DNA from: an uncultured Planctomycetota bacterium
GTDB lineage: Bacteria; Planctomycetota; Planctomycetia; Isosphaerales; Isosphaeraceae
Direction of reading: 5' to 3'
Assembly: GCA_963737655.1 (NCBI GenBank)
Contig: CAVTTN010000002.1
Span: 4,448,001-4,512,000, forward strand
Length of the DNA stretch: 64,000 nt
Part shown: positions 52,433 to 62,749 of the stretch, one piece after another
Layout of the letters: every line of letters starts with the position of its first letter
Numbering within the stretch: position 1 is the first letter of the stretch
Notes under the pieces: generated by a model
Seen by the model: the letters and a program-made list of their open reading frames with translations, nothing else
Databases searched by the model: none
Told to the model about the DNA's origin: nothing
Program-made: the position numbers and the translations under genes

Positions 52433-54068
52433 ATGGCCAAGCATATTTTCGTCACGGGCGGCGTCGTGAGCTCGCTGGGCAAGGGGCTCGACGTCGGCCT
52501 CGATCGGGATGCTCCTGGAGCGCCGGGGCCTGCGGGTCCGCCTCCAGAAGCTCGACCCGTACTTGAACGTCGATCCCGGCACGATGAGCCCCTACCAGCA
52601 CGGCGAGGTCTACGTCCTGGACGACGGCGCCGAGACCGACCTGGACCTCGGCCACTACGAGCGGTTCACCGACGCCCCCCTGACCCGCGACTGCAACTAC
52701 ACCACCGGCAAGATCTATCAGACCGTCATCAAGAAAGAGCGCGAGGGCAAGCACTACGAGGGGAAGACCGTCCAGGTCATCCCGCACGTGACCGACGAGA
52801 TCAAGGCCGCGATCCGCTCGCTCGCCACGCCCGATGTGGACCTGGTGATCACCGAGATCGGCGGCACCGTCGGCGACATCGAAGGGCTGCCGTTCCTGGA
52901 GGCGATCCGCCAGTTCGCCCTGGACGTCGGCCGCGAGAACTGCCTGTATATCCACCTGACCCTCGTGCCGTACCTCAAGGCGGCCGGCGAGATCAAGACC
53001 AAGCCCACCCAGCACTCCGTCGGGGCGCTCCGCCAGATCGGCATCCAGCCGGACGTGCTGATTTGTCGGACCGAGCACACGATCCCGCCCGAGGACAAGG
53101 ACAAGATCGCCCTGTTCTGCAACATCGACCGGAAGGCCGTGATCGAGGAGCGCGACAAGGAATACAGCATCTACGAGGTGCCCCTGTCGCTCGTCCACAA
53201 CGGCCTGGACGACATCCTGGTGAAGCGGCTGGGCCTCCAGACCAAGCCGCTGGACATCGAGGACTGGCGGGACCTCCTGGACCGCGTCCGCCACCCGGAC
53301 CGCGAGGTCACGATCGCGGTGGTGGGCAAGTACATGAAGCATCGCGACGCTTATAAGAGCGTCTACGAGTCGCTCGACCACGCCGGGATCGCCCACAACG
53401 CCCGGGTCGTCGTCCGCCGGATCGAGGCCGAGGACGTCGGGCGCGAGGGCGCGGCGAACGTCCTCGGCGGGATCGACGGCATCCTCGTCCCGGGAGGCTT
53501 CGGGATGAGGGGCGTCGAGGGGAAGATCGAGGCGATCAAGTACGCCAGGGCCCGCAACGTCCCGTATTTCGGCATCTGCCTGGGGATGCAATGCGCCTCG
53601 GTCGAATTCGCCCGGAGCGTCCTGGGCCTGGCCGACGCCAATTCCACCGAGTTCGACCCGGCCACGCAGAACCCGGTGATCTCGTTGATGGAGGAGCAGC
53701 TGAGGGTCCGCGAGCGAGGCGGCACGATGCGCCTCGGGGCCTGGCCCTGCACGCTCCACCCGGACAGCCGCGCCTTCACCGCCTACGGCCGGGAAAACAT
53801 CGAGGAACGCCATCGCCACCGCTACGAGTTCAACAACGCCTATCGCCAGGCGTTCGAGGAGAACGGCTTCGCCGTGACCGGCACGAGCCCGGACGGCGAA
53901 CTCGTCGAGATCATCGAATTGCCCGATCACCCGTGGTTCCTGGCCGTCCAGTTCCACCCCGAGTTCAAGAGCAAGCCGACCAAGGCCCACCCCCTCTTCC
54001 GGGACTTCATCGCCGCCGCCCTCCAGCGACGCGAAAACAGCCGATCCGAAGTCGAAATGAGGCCGTAG
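52433..54068 (+). CDS. pyrG: CTP synthase; apparent +1 indel near 52488-52490
   Basis: [16 protein letters not shown], then after the frame change [42 protein letters not shown]. Confidence 0.97.
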
Positions 54069-54082
54069 GTCAGGAACCCCTC

Positions 54083-54733
54083 ATGGCCACCGTCACCCGC
54101 GCCACCACTCTTTGGTCGAACGCGCTGATCCGGAACGTCTCCTGGGAGCAATATGAGGCATTCCTGGAGTGGCTCGGCGACCGCCCGGGGATCAAGGTCA
54201 ACTATGATGACGGGGCGATGGAGATCATGGCCCCTCTCCTCAAGCACGACCGGGAGAAGTCGATCACGGGGCGGCTGTTCGAGAGACTCTGCGAGGAGCT
54301 CGATCAGGTCTCGCTGGGGGCCGGCTCGGTCACCCTCAACAAAGAACTCGCCGCCAAGGGGATCGAGGCGGATGAGTGCTACTGGCTCGAAAACGAGCCG
54401 CGGATGAGGAGCAAGCAGGAGCTGGACCTCTCCGTTGATCCGCCGCCCGACCTCGCCATCGAGATCCAGAACACCACGACCATCCTGAAACGCTTGCCGA
54501 TCTATGCGGGGATCGGCGTCCCCGAACTCTGGAGGTGGACGGGCGAGTCGTTCGAAATCCTCCTGCTCGGCGAGGACGGCCATTATCACCCGAGCGAGTC
54601 GAGCCGGAGCCTGCCGCTCCTGCCGATTTCGGGGTTCAGCCGGTTCGTCGCGCGTTGCTATGATGTCGATGAGTTGTCGCTGGTCAAGCAGTTCGTGGCG
54701 TGGGTCCGCGAAGGGATGCCGCCCCTCGCCTGA
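54083..54733 (+). CDS. Uma2 (DUF820) family endonuclease-like protein
   Basis: VSWEQYE, YDDG.MEIM.P...H, IEADECY, PPPDLAIEI, YAGIGVPELWR. Confidence 0.92.
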   Translation: MATVTRATTLWSNALIRNVSWEQYEAFLEWLGDRPGIKVNYDDGAMEIMAPLLKHDREKSITGRLFERLCEELDQVSLGAGSVTLNKELAAKGIEADECYWLENEPRMRSKQELDLSVDPPPDLAIEIQNTTTILKRLPIYAGIGVPELWRWTGESFEILLLGEDGHYHPSESSRSLPLLPISGFSRFVARCYDVDELSLVKQFVAWVREGMPPLA

Positions 54734-54750
54734 GAGAATGCCGGAAAGGC

Positions 54751-55932
54751 GTGCCCTTGGCCGATCGCCCGAGGATAGTCGCCCGCCACTATGCCACCGG
54801 GACGTGGGTGGGCCTGAGGATCGACGGGCCGACGATCACGGAGGTCGAGCCGGCCGAGGGGACGATTCGCTCGGACGACCTCGACCCCTGGATCGCCCCG
54901 GCGTTCTGGGATTTGCAGGTCAACGGGCGATGGGGCGTCTCGTTCTCGGATGCGACGATCACCCCGGAGCAGGTCGCCAGGATCGTCCGGGCCCAGGCGG
55001 CGCTGGGGACCGCCCGGCTTTGCCCGACCCTGATCACGGCGAGCCGAGAGGCCACGCTCTCGGGCGTGAAGGCGATCGCCCAGGCGTGCGATTCCGACCC
55101 CGAGGTCGGCCGCCGCGTCCTGGGAATCCACCTGGAGGGGCCGTGGATCTCGCCCGAGGACGGGTATCGAGGAGCCCACCCGCGAGAGCACGTCCGCGAC
55201 CCCGATTGGGAGGAGTTCCTCGCCCTCCAGGACGCCGCCGGAGGGCGGATCGCCCTCGTCACGCTCGCCCCGGAGCGGCCCGGCGGCCTGGAACTCGTCG
55301 AGAGGCTGGCCGAGGCCGAAGTCCTCGTGGCCGTGGGGCATTCGGCGGCCGATGGCGCGACTCTCGAAGCCGCCTGCCGGGCCGGGCTCCGGCTGGCGAC
55401 CCATCTCGGCAACGGCCTGCCGGCGACGCTGAACCGCCACCCCAACCCGATCTGGGACCAGGCGGCCCGGCCGGACCTCTGGGCCTCGTTCATCGCCGAC
55501 GGCCACCACCTCGACCGCGCCACCCTGGGCGTCCTGGTCCGGGCCAAGCGGCAGCGGTTCCTCCTCGTGAGCGACGCCAGCCCCCTGGCCGGCTCGCCCC
55601 CGGGGCTGTACGGGCCGTGGGAGGTTCGCGAAGACGGCCGGATCGTCGTCGCCGGGACGCCGTATCTCGCCGGTTCGAGCCTGGAGCTCCCCAGGGCGAT
55701 CCCCATCCTGATGGCGGCGGCCTCGGTGGACCTGCGCCGGGCGATCCGAGCGGCCACCTCCAGCCCGGCGAGGCTCCTCGGCCACAAGCCCCCGGAGATC
55801 GGAAACGAAGAGCCCGCCGACCTCATCCTCTTTCGCTTCCGCAAGACTCGAAGCACGAAGGCGACCCGCTCCTTCGACCTCCTCGCCTCGTGCGTCGGCG
55901 GCGAATGGAACCTGGCCGGGGCGGAGGCGTGA
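54751..55932 (+). CDS. nagA: N-acetylglucosamine-6-phosphate deacetylase
   Basis: DLQVNG, PTLIT, GIHLEGPWIS, GAHP, VTLAPE, THLGNG, IADGHH, LAGS. Confidence 0.88.
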   Translation: MPLADRPRIVARHYATGTWVGLRIDGPTITEVEPAEGTIRSDDLDPWIAPAFWDLQVNGRWGVSFSDATITPEQVARIVRAQAALGTARLCPTLITASREATLSGVKAIAQACDSDPEVGRRVLGIHLEGPWISPEDGYRGAHPREHVRDPDWEEFLALQDAAGGRIALVTLAPERPGGLELVERLAEAEVLVAVGHSAADGATLEAACRAGLRLATHLGNGLPATLNRHPNPIWDQAARPDLWASFIADGHHLDRATLGVLVRAKRQRFLLVSDASPLAGSPPGLYGPWEVREDGRIVVAGTPYLAGSSLELPRAIPILMAAASVDLRRAIRAATSSPARLLGHKPPEIGNEEPADLILFRFRKTRSTKATRSFDLLASCVGGEWNLAGAEA

Positions 55933-55948
55933 AACGCGGGGATGGCCA

Positions 55949-56167
55949 TCAGGCGTAGAGAAGCCGTCCCCGAGGCGTGGGGATGGAACGACCGAGTTCC
56001 CGAGCCGTCTCGATCCACTCCCCGATGATCACCTCGGCGTTGGCCAGCGCCTCCTGATAAGTCGCCCCATCGGCCGCGCAGCCGGGCAATTCCGGCACTT
56101 CGGCGATGAAGGCTTCGTCCTCCTGGCTCCAGTAGAGGATGATCTCGTATCGAATGTTATTGAGCAA
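55949..56167 (-). CDS. hicB: HicB-family antitoxin (short form), TTG start
   Basis: YEIILYWSQEDEAFIAEVPELPGCAADGATYQEAL...WIETARELGRSIP.P. Confidence 0.85.
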   Translation of the reverse strand: MLNNIRYEIILYWSQEDEAFIAEVPELPGCAADGATYQEALANAEVIIGEWIETARELGRSIPTPRGRLLYA

Positions 56168-56485
56168 CTGCGCCCCCTCTGATTCGGAACGTTCTGGTCC
56201 CGGGCTGTCCGCCGCGTCGTCGGCGAGTTGCCCGGAGTTGCCCGCCAGTCCGTAGGTCACGATGATCCCGCGAACCTGTTTGACCTGATAAGCCTTGGCC
56301 TGTCCGTCACGTGGCTGGAGGTTGAGGATCTCTGCAACGCCCTCGCGAGTCAGGATGTGGTGGTCGCCACGGACACGCTCCTTGAAGCCGAGATGCGCGA
56401 GCAAGGCCAGGAGGTCAACGAAACGGATATTAGCGTCGGATGATCCGCGGAGGATCCGTTCCAAGGTCTTCGTGAGCTTGCTCAC
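56160..56485 (-). CDS. hicA: HicA-family toxin (reads in frame into hicB as the sequence is given; 3' end approximate)
   Basis: GTG start after GAGGGG; ANIRFVDL..LL.HLGF.ERVRGDHHI...ILNLQP..G.AKAYQVKQVR. Confidence 0.8.
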
Positions 56486-56629
56486 GGCACCCCTCAACAC
56501 CCTGAACAAAGGACGGCGGTTCCCGGAGAACAATTGCCCCTCGGAGGGGGCTCGAATGAGGACGACCGCCGGCCCGGGGGTGGGCCGGGCCGGCGGTCGT
56601 TCGATCGTTCGGTCATCAGTCGGCGAGGT

Positions 56630-58134
56630 TCACGCCTTCTCGGCGGGGTCCTTGCCGTCGATCCAGTCGCCTTCGAGCTTCTGGTAGGGCTTGGGCGTGA
56701 GGGTGGAGCCTTCGAGCGGGTCGGCCTTCCAGCCGATCACCTGGGCGGGCTTGCCTCGCTCGTGGCTGATCTTCTCCCACTTCTTGGCCCAGGTGGTGTC
56801 GGCCTCGGACTTGCCGGTCTCGGGGTCGAAGTAGTAGGCCTTGCCCTGGCGGTAGGAATCGACGCCGAGGTTGACCGTGGCGATCGCGGCGTAGCCGAGC
56901 TCGGCCGGGCAGAGGGTCTCGGGGTTCCTCGAGCGGAGGCACTCCAGGAAGTGCTCCCAGAGGGCGCGGGTGTCGTCTCGGGGCTGGGCGGGCTTGATGA
57001 CCTCGCCGCCCTCGCCGCTGTTGGCGCCGGAGGGGCGGGGCGGCCCTCGATCTTCTGCTGGGTCACGGTGAACCCGTCGTTCGGGCTGCCGCCGAACTTG
57101 ATCGTGGCGGTATGGCCTCGGATGATCTCGCCGAGCTGGACGTCGTTGCACATCGTCGCCGAGATGATGACCTGGCAGCCCTGGTCATAGTCGGCCACCA
57201 CGGTGGCCACGTCCGGCACGTCGCGGCCGTCGTACTCCATGTAGAGCCCGCCGGCGCCCACGACCCGACGCGGGAACCGGACGCCCATCGCCTGGATCAG
57301 GTGGGTCAGCTGGTGGACGAACAAATCTGTGTACATGCCGCCGCCGAAGTCCCAGTAGCAGCGCCACTGGGCGTACTTGGCGCGGTTGAAGGGCTGGTCC
57401 GGGGCCAGGCCGAACTCGGTCCCGAGGAACATCTTCCAATCGACCGTCTTGGGCGTCATGTCCTCGGTCAGGTCGTAGTACCGCCACTGCCCCATCGAGC
57501 TGTTGCGGTAGTACGAGGTCTGGCCCTGCATCACGTGGCCGATCTTGCCCGAGGTGATGAGCTCGTTGGCCATCTTCCAGCGGGGATCGGCCGTGGACTG
57601 GACGCCGACGGTCATGATCTGCTTGGTCTTCTTGACCGTGTCGGCGACCTTCTTCGCCTCCTCGATCGTGTGGGTCATCGGCTTCTCGCAGTACACGTCC
57701 TTGCCCGCCTCGAGGGCGTCGACGGTCTGCTTGCCGTGCCAGTGGTCGGGGGTGGCGATGACGACCGCGTCCACGTCCTTGGAGTCGAGGATCTTGCGGT
57801 AGTCCTTGGTCACGAGCTTGTCGTCGTGCTTCAGCCCGGCCTTGTCGGCCGAGGGATAGAGGCCGCGGCCGACCTTCTTGTTGCCGTCCCACACGTCGGC
57901 CATGCCGATGATGTCGACGAGCTTGCCTTCCTTCTTGAAGTTCAGGAGGCCGTCGATGTGGGCCTGGGCGCGGCCGCCGGGGCCGATGATCGCGAAGTTG
58001 ATCTTCTCGTTGGCCCCCTTGACGCTGCCGATCGCCGGGTGGGCGAAGGCCGTCGTGCTGGCCACGGCGGCGCCGGCCGCCGCGCCGGTGGTCCCGAGGA
58101 ACCCTCGGCGCGTCATCGAACGCTTGTTGGTCAT
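56630..58134 (-). CDS. Gfo/Idh/MocA oxidoreductase, Tat-exported; frameshift near 57032-57035
   Basis: TRRGFL, IATPDHWH, GKDVYCEKP, WRCYWDFGGG..TDLFVH; C-terminus recovered by one extra C in a C run. Confidence 0.9.
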
Positions 58135-58342
58135 GAATGCGGACTCCTCGGGTCGGAGGGCGAGAACCGGTTCGGCGGACCCGGCGGGCGCTCGCGAATG
58201 GAGGAGGCCCCGGCCGCGAGGCTTCAGTCTGCGCCGATTCCTCGCCATTCGCAAGAAGGTTCCGAGGAGAAACCGACGCTTCGGCTCGCCTTCGGACCGT
58301 CCCTCGCATACAACCGGGAGGGTCCCACCGGAGTCGCCGCCC

Positions 58343-58834
58343 ATGCTGTTCGAGAAATCCTCGACGATCGCCGCCCCTCCCGAGGCCGTCTTCGCCTTCC
58401 ACGAATCCCCGGGCGCCCTGGCCCGGCTGACCCCTCCGTGGGAGAAGGCGAGGCTGGTCGAGGGGGGTGATTCGATCCGGGTCGGCAGCCGGGCCGTCCT
58501 CGAAGTCAAGATCGGGCCGATCCCCTTGCGGTGGGTGGCCGAGCACGTCGAGTACGCCCCGCCCCACCTCTTCGCCGACCGGCAAGTCTCCGGCCCATTC
58601 GCCTCGTGGCTCCACGAGCACCACATGGACGACGACGGCCGGGGAGGCACGACCCTCCGCGACGAGGTCCACTACGAATTGCCGCTCGGATGGCTCGGCC
58701 GCCTCTTCGGGGCGGCGATGGTCCGGCGAAAACTCCAAAAAATGTTCGATTATCGCCACGATCAGACGCGAAAGATCGTCGAATCGGGCGACTTCCCGGG
58801 CGCCGTCAAGGCTCGTCCCTCTCCAAGCCCGTGA
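58343..58834 (+). CDS. SRPBCC family protein
   Basis: IAAPPEAVFAFH...LTPPW...F.D.QV.GPF..W.HEH...RDEV.Y. Confidence 0.9.
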   Translation: MLFEKSSTIAAPPEAVFAFHESPGALARLTPPWEKARLVEGGDSIRVGSRAVLEVKIGPIPLRWVAEHVEYAPPHLFADRQVSGPFASWLHEHHMDDDGRGGTTLRDEVHYELPLGWLGRLFGAAMVRRKLQKMFDYRHDQTRKIVESGDFPGAVKARPSPSP

Positions 58835-59174
58835 CCCGGGTGATCACCCCGGCCGCGCAGACCTTCGCCCCCTCGACGCAGAAGAACCCCTCTCCGGGGC
58901 GCACCCTCTCGCGGTGAAACGGCCTCATTCGCGGATCGACGACGAGGAACCGGGCGCGGACGAGGCCGGTGATGGGCCGATCGGGCGGCAGGGGGTCGCC
59001 GGCCTCGTCGAGGAACTCGGGCCAGACCATCCAGGCGACGCCGTCGTCCGAGAAATATCGGAGGTCCCACCGAATCCCCTGGAACGGCGGGGACGCCCGT
59101 CCTCCTTCGCGAGCGGACAGGATGCGGACGACGGCCTCGAAGTCCCCTTCCCCCGGGCCAATCCTTCTCATCAT
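58806..59174 (-). CDS. Stand-alone EF-Tu domain-3-like protein
   Basis: FEAVVRILSAREGGRASP.F.GIR ... G.GFFCVEGAKVCAAGVITRV matches the EF-Tu C-terminal beta-barrel pattern. Confidence 0.7.
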   Translation of the reverse strand: MMRRIGPGEGDFEAVVRILSAREGGRASPPFQGIRWDLRYFSDDGVAWMVWPEFLDEAGDPLPPDRPITGLVRARFLVVDPRMRPFHRERVRPGEGFFCVEGAKVCAAGVITRVTGLERDEP

Positions 59175-59207
59175 GCTTTGTCGAGAACCCCGGTGAGAAT
59201 GAGGAAA

Positions 59208-59280
59208 CGAGTCGGTCCGACTTCAGTCGGGCCTGGAAAACAAGACATTTTGTAGGCCCGACTGAAGTCGGACCGACTCG
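59208..59280. repeat. GTAG-type inverted repeat (REP doublet / bidirectional hairpin)
   Basis: cgagtcggtccgacttcagtcgggcct ... aggcccgactgaagtcggaccgactcg. Confidence 0.85.
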
Positions 59281-59435
59281 ATCGACCTCTTCGATCGGGG
59301 TTTTCTACAGAGCCTTCTCATCACCTTCGCCCCGGACATCGACCGCCAGGATACTTTGGAGCCGAGCAGGATACTCAAAGGCGTCCTGAATCGACCTCCG
59401 CGATCCTGACGGTCGGGCGATGGACTGGACTCGAT

Positions 59436-62237
59436 CTACTTCGCCGGCTTGCCGTCCGGAGTGATCACGCGGACCTCCTTGAACCCCAGGGCCTTGAGCT
59501 TGGGCTCGATGGCCTTGCGGTCGCCGACGACCAGGACCACCCTCTCCTTCGGCCCGGCCACCTCCGCCATCGCCTTGCCGATCGTCTCGGGCTTCGTCTC
59601 CTGGAGCCTGGCGAGGAACGTGTCGAGGTAGTCCGGCGGGAGGCCGAACTGGGCCATCTCTTCGAGGATTCCGGCGATCGAGCCGGGCGATTCGAACGTC
59701 TCGGGGTAGGAGCGGCTCTCGGCATCCAGCGCGGTGCCGATCTCCTCCTCGGTGAACGGCTTGCCGCCGGCCAGGCCGTCGAGCTCGGCAATCACTTCCT
59801 TCAGGGCCGGCGCCGTGGCGTCGGCGCGGACCTGGGTGGAGACGAACCAGACGCTCCCGGTCCGGCGGAAATCGAACGTCGAGCCCGCCCCGTACGTGAA
59901 TCCGTGGTCCTCGCGGAGGTTCTGGTTCAGCCGGCTCAGGAAGTCCCCGCCGAGGATGCGATTGCCCAGGAGCGTCGAGAAATAACGAGGATCGGATCGG
60001 TCGGTCCACCTCCGGCCCACGTCGATCACGCTCTGGACCGCTCCCGGCTTGTCCACCAGGTACGCCACGCCGGGCTCGGCCTTCAGTGCCGGCTCGGGAC
60101 GCGGCTTCGGCTCCATCTTCTGGGGCTTCCAGCCGCCGAGGCTCGCTTCGAGGGATGCGAACAGGGCGGCGGGCTCGATGTCGCCGACGACGATCAGGAT
60201 CGAGCCCTTCGGCCCGAAGTGATCGCCATAAAACTTGCGGACGTCGTCGGCCGTGATCGCCTCGACGGTCTCCCGGAAGCCGTCGCCCGGGTTGCCATAC
60301 GGGTGATCGACCCCGTACAGGACCGCTCGGAACGCCCGCCGGGCGATCCAGCCCACGCTGTCCGGCCCCTGGAGCAATCCGGCGAGCTGGAGGCTCTTCT
60401 CGCGGTCGAAATCCTTGGGGTCGAGCCTCGGCGTCTTGAGGACCTCGCCCAGGAGGGTCATCGCCGGGTCGAAGTTCCGGGCGACGGTGGAGAAGCCCAC
60501 GCTCGTCTCGTCCACGCCCACGCCCGCGCCCAGCGTCACGCCGAGGTCTTCGAGCGCCTCGGCCAACTCCGTCGCGGTCTTCGAGGCCGTCCCCTTGTCC
60601 AGGAGGCTGGCGGAGAGGGTGGCCAGGCCCGACTTCCCCTTCGGGTCGTCGCCGGTGCCGGCCGGGAGGGTCAATCGGGCCGTCACCAGGGGCAGCGTCT
60701 TCCACGGGACGAACCAGACGTCCACCCCGTTCGAGAGCGATTTGCGGACGATCCTGGGGGCGCGGAACTCGACCGGGGCCGACGGTCCCGGCATCTTCGT
60801 CCAATCCGGTCCGGGTGCGGGTTTCCTCTCGACGGCCGGCGATTCTTCCCCTTTCACCGCCGGGGGGCCGGCCTGGAGGGCTTCCGATTCCGCCTCACCG
60901 GGCTTCGCCGGGACGATCCAGAGATCGACCTTCGATTCGGGCAAATACGTCTTCGCCACCCGCTGGACATCGGCCGGCGTCACGGCGAAGTAGCGGGCGA
61001 AGTCCTTCCGGTAGTGGTTCGGGTCGTCCTTCTGAGCGAACCCGACGGCCAGCGTGATGGCCCGGCCGAGCGGGGGGGTCAGCGACGCATAGGCCGATTT
61101 CTCGTGGAGGGCGAGGGCCCGGGCCATCTCGCCGGCCGTCGGCGGCTGGTTGCGGATGAGTTCGAGGTTCTTCGCGAGGATGGCCTCGATCGCCTCCAGC
61201 GCCCCGTCCTTCGCCTCGGCGGCGGTGCTCTGGATCTGGAATAGCCCGGCCGATTCCTTGGTGTCGCTGCCCGCGCCGACGTCCTTGGCGACCCGGGCTT
61301 CCAGGACGAGCGCCTTGTGCAATCGGCTCGCTTCGCCCCCGGCGAGGATCTCGGCGAGGAGGTCCAGGGCGGGGCTGTCGGGATGGTCGTCCGGCACCGT
61401 CGGCCAGTTCCAGTAGACGCGGGGCAACTGCACCTTGTCCGCCTGCACCACCTTCTTCGCCGGGCTCGGCACGGGCGAGACGTCCACCGGCTTCGGCTTC
61501 GGGCCCGCCGCGAGCGGCCCGAAATACTTCGCGATCAGCGATTTCGCCGCGGCCGGATCGAAATCGCCCGCGAGCACGAGCGTGGCGTTCGCCGGGTGGT
61601 AGAACTCGGCGAAGAACCGCTTCAGATCGTCGAGCGTCGCATCGTTCAGGTCCTTCATCGAGCCGATGACCGACCACGAGTAGGGATGCCCCTTGGGGAA
61701 GACGCTCGCCAGGATCGTCTCCTCGGCCAGCCCATAGGGGACGTTCTCGTAGCTCTGCCTTCGCTCGTTCTTGACGACCTCGCGCTCGGTGTCGAACTTC
61801 TTCTGGTCGAGCGCCGAGGGCAGGAACGCGAGGCGTTCGGCCTCCAGGTAGAGGGCCCGTTCGAGGAAGTTGCTGGGGACGGTCTCGAAATAGACCGTCA
61901 TGTCCTCGGAGGTGAAGGCGTTGGACTGCGCGCCGGCCTCCTGAAGAGGGATATCATAATTGGGCACGTTCTTGGTGCCCCGGAACATCATGTGCTCGAA
62001 GAAGTGGGCGAACCCGGTCCGCCCCGCCCGTTCGTTCTTGGCGCCGACGTGGTAGGCGACCGTCACCGTCACCCGGGGGATCAGCGGATCGCGGTGGAGG
62101 GCGACCTTCAGCCCGTTCGGCAACGTGTAGGCTTCCAAAGCCAGTTCGGGCGCCTTGGGCCGGGGCGGGTCGGCGGCCGGAGATCGGCTCGGGACCGCGA
62201 ACAGGAGCGCGAGCGCGACGGCGAATCGAAGGGGCAT
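59436..62237 (-). CDS. M16B zinc metallopeptidase (PqqL-like), secreted
   Basis: YTLPNGL, GFAHFFEHMMFRGT (inverted HxxEH), second inactive half, SRLNQNLREDHGFTYG. Confidence 0.95.
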   Translation of the reverse strand: MPLRFAVALALLFAVPSRSPAADPPRPKAPELALEAYTLPNGLKVALHRDPLIPRVTVTVAYHVGAKNERAGRTGFAHFFEHMMFRGTKNVPNYDIPLQEAGAQSNAFTSEDMTVYFETVPSNFLERALYLEAERLAFLPSALDQKKFDTEREVVKNERRQSYENVPYGLAEETILASVFPKGHPYSWSVIGSMKDLNDATLDDLKRFFAEFYHPANATLVLAGDFDPAAAKSLIAKYFGPLAAGPKPKPVDVSPVPSPAKKVVQADKVQLPRVYWNWPTVPDDHPDSPALDLLAEILAGGEASRLHKALVLEARVAKDVGAGSDTKESAGLFQIQSTAAEAKDGALEAIEAILAKNLELIRNQPPTAGEMARALALHEKSAYASLTPPLGRAITLAVGFAQKDDPNHYRKDFARYFAVTPADVQRVAKTYLPESKVDLWIVPAKPGEAESEALQAGPPAVKGEESPAVERKPAPGPDWTKMPGPSAPVEFRAPRIVRKSLSNGVDVWFVPWKTLPLVTARLTLPAGTGDDPKGKSGLATLSASLLDKGTASKTATELAEALEDLGVTLGAGVGVDETSVGFSTVARNFDPAMTLLGEVLKTPRLDPKDFDREKSLQLAGLLQGPDSVGWIARRAFRAVLYGVDHPYGNPGDGFRETVEAITADDVRKFYGDHFGPKGSILIVVGDIEPAALFASLEASLGGWKPQKMEPKPRPEPALKAEPGVAYLVDKPGAVQSVIDVGRRWTDRSDPRYFSTLLGNRILGGDFLSRLNQNLREDHGFTYGAGSTFDFRRTGSVWFVSTQVRADATAPALKEVIAELDGLAGGKPFTEEEIGTALDAESRSYPETFESPGSIAGILEEMAQFGLPPDYLDTFLARLQETKPETIGKAMAEVAGPKERVVLVVGDRKAIEPKLKALGFKEVRVITPDGKPAK

Positions 62238-62350
62238 GGCCAGACGATCCTGAAAGGGCCGGTCGGGGCCGGGCGGGGTCCGTCCCTCGCCCGAATCTCC
62301 TGGGGCGTCATTGTCGCCCCGGGCCAGGGATTCGGCAACCCTCTGGGATT

Positions 62351-62622
62351 GGGGGGAGGTTTAACCGCCAAGACGCCGAGGGGAGGGGGAGATTAACCGC
62401 CAAGACGCCAAGTTCGCCAAGGGCAGAAGAGAAGAAGAGGAAGAGAATGAAAATATGCAGACTCAAAATTGAAATTGAATTGTATTTGTAAAACTGCGTT
62501 TCGAACTCTCCTCTTTCTCCTCTTCTCTGCCCTTGGCGAACTTGGCGTCTTGGCGGTTAATCTCCCCTCCTCTACCCTTGGCGAACTTGGCGTCTTGGCG
62601 GTTAGTCTCCCCCTCCCCTCGG
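62351..62622. repeat. Nested inverted repeat built from CGCCAAG units around an AT-rich core
   Basis: ttaaccgccaagacgccaagttcgccaagggcaga versus tctgcccttggcgaacttggcgtcttggcggttaa, plus outer copies. Confidence 0.85.
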
Positions 62623-62749
62623 AATCGAGGCGGTGCAATCCCCCCGCCCCCGCCGAACCCTGGACGGGGACCCACCATGCAGGCACAATGAGCCTCGGGC
62701 CGACCCTCCGCCCGGACCGGATTCCCTCTCGATTCTGATGGAGCCGCCG

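Noticed and set aside
52433..52510. Programmed frameshift regulating pyrG
   Set aside because: No slippery sequence at the site; better explained as one of several assembly indels
54083..54733. Uma2 nuclease as a defence system
   Set aside because: Solitary Uma2/DUF820 genes are abundant in Planctomycetes, and there are no partner defence genes here
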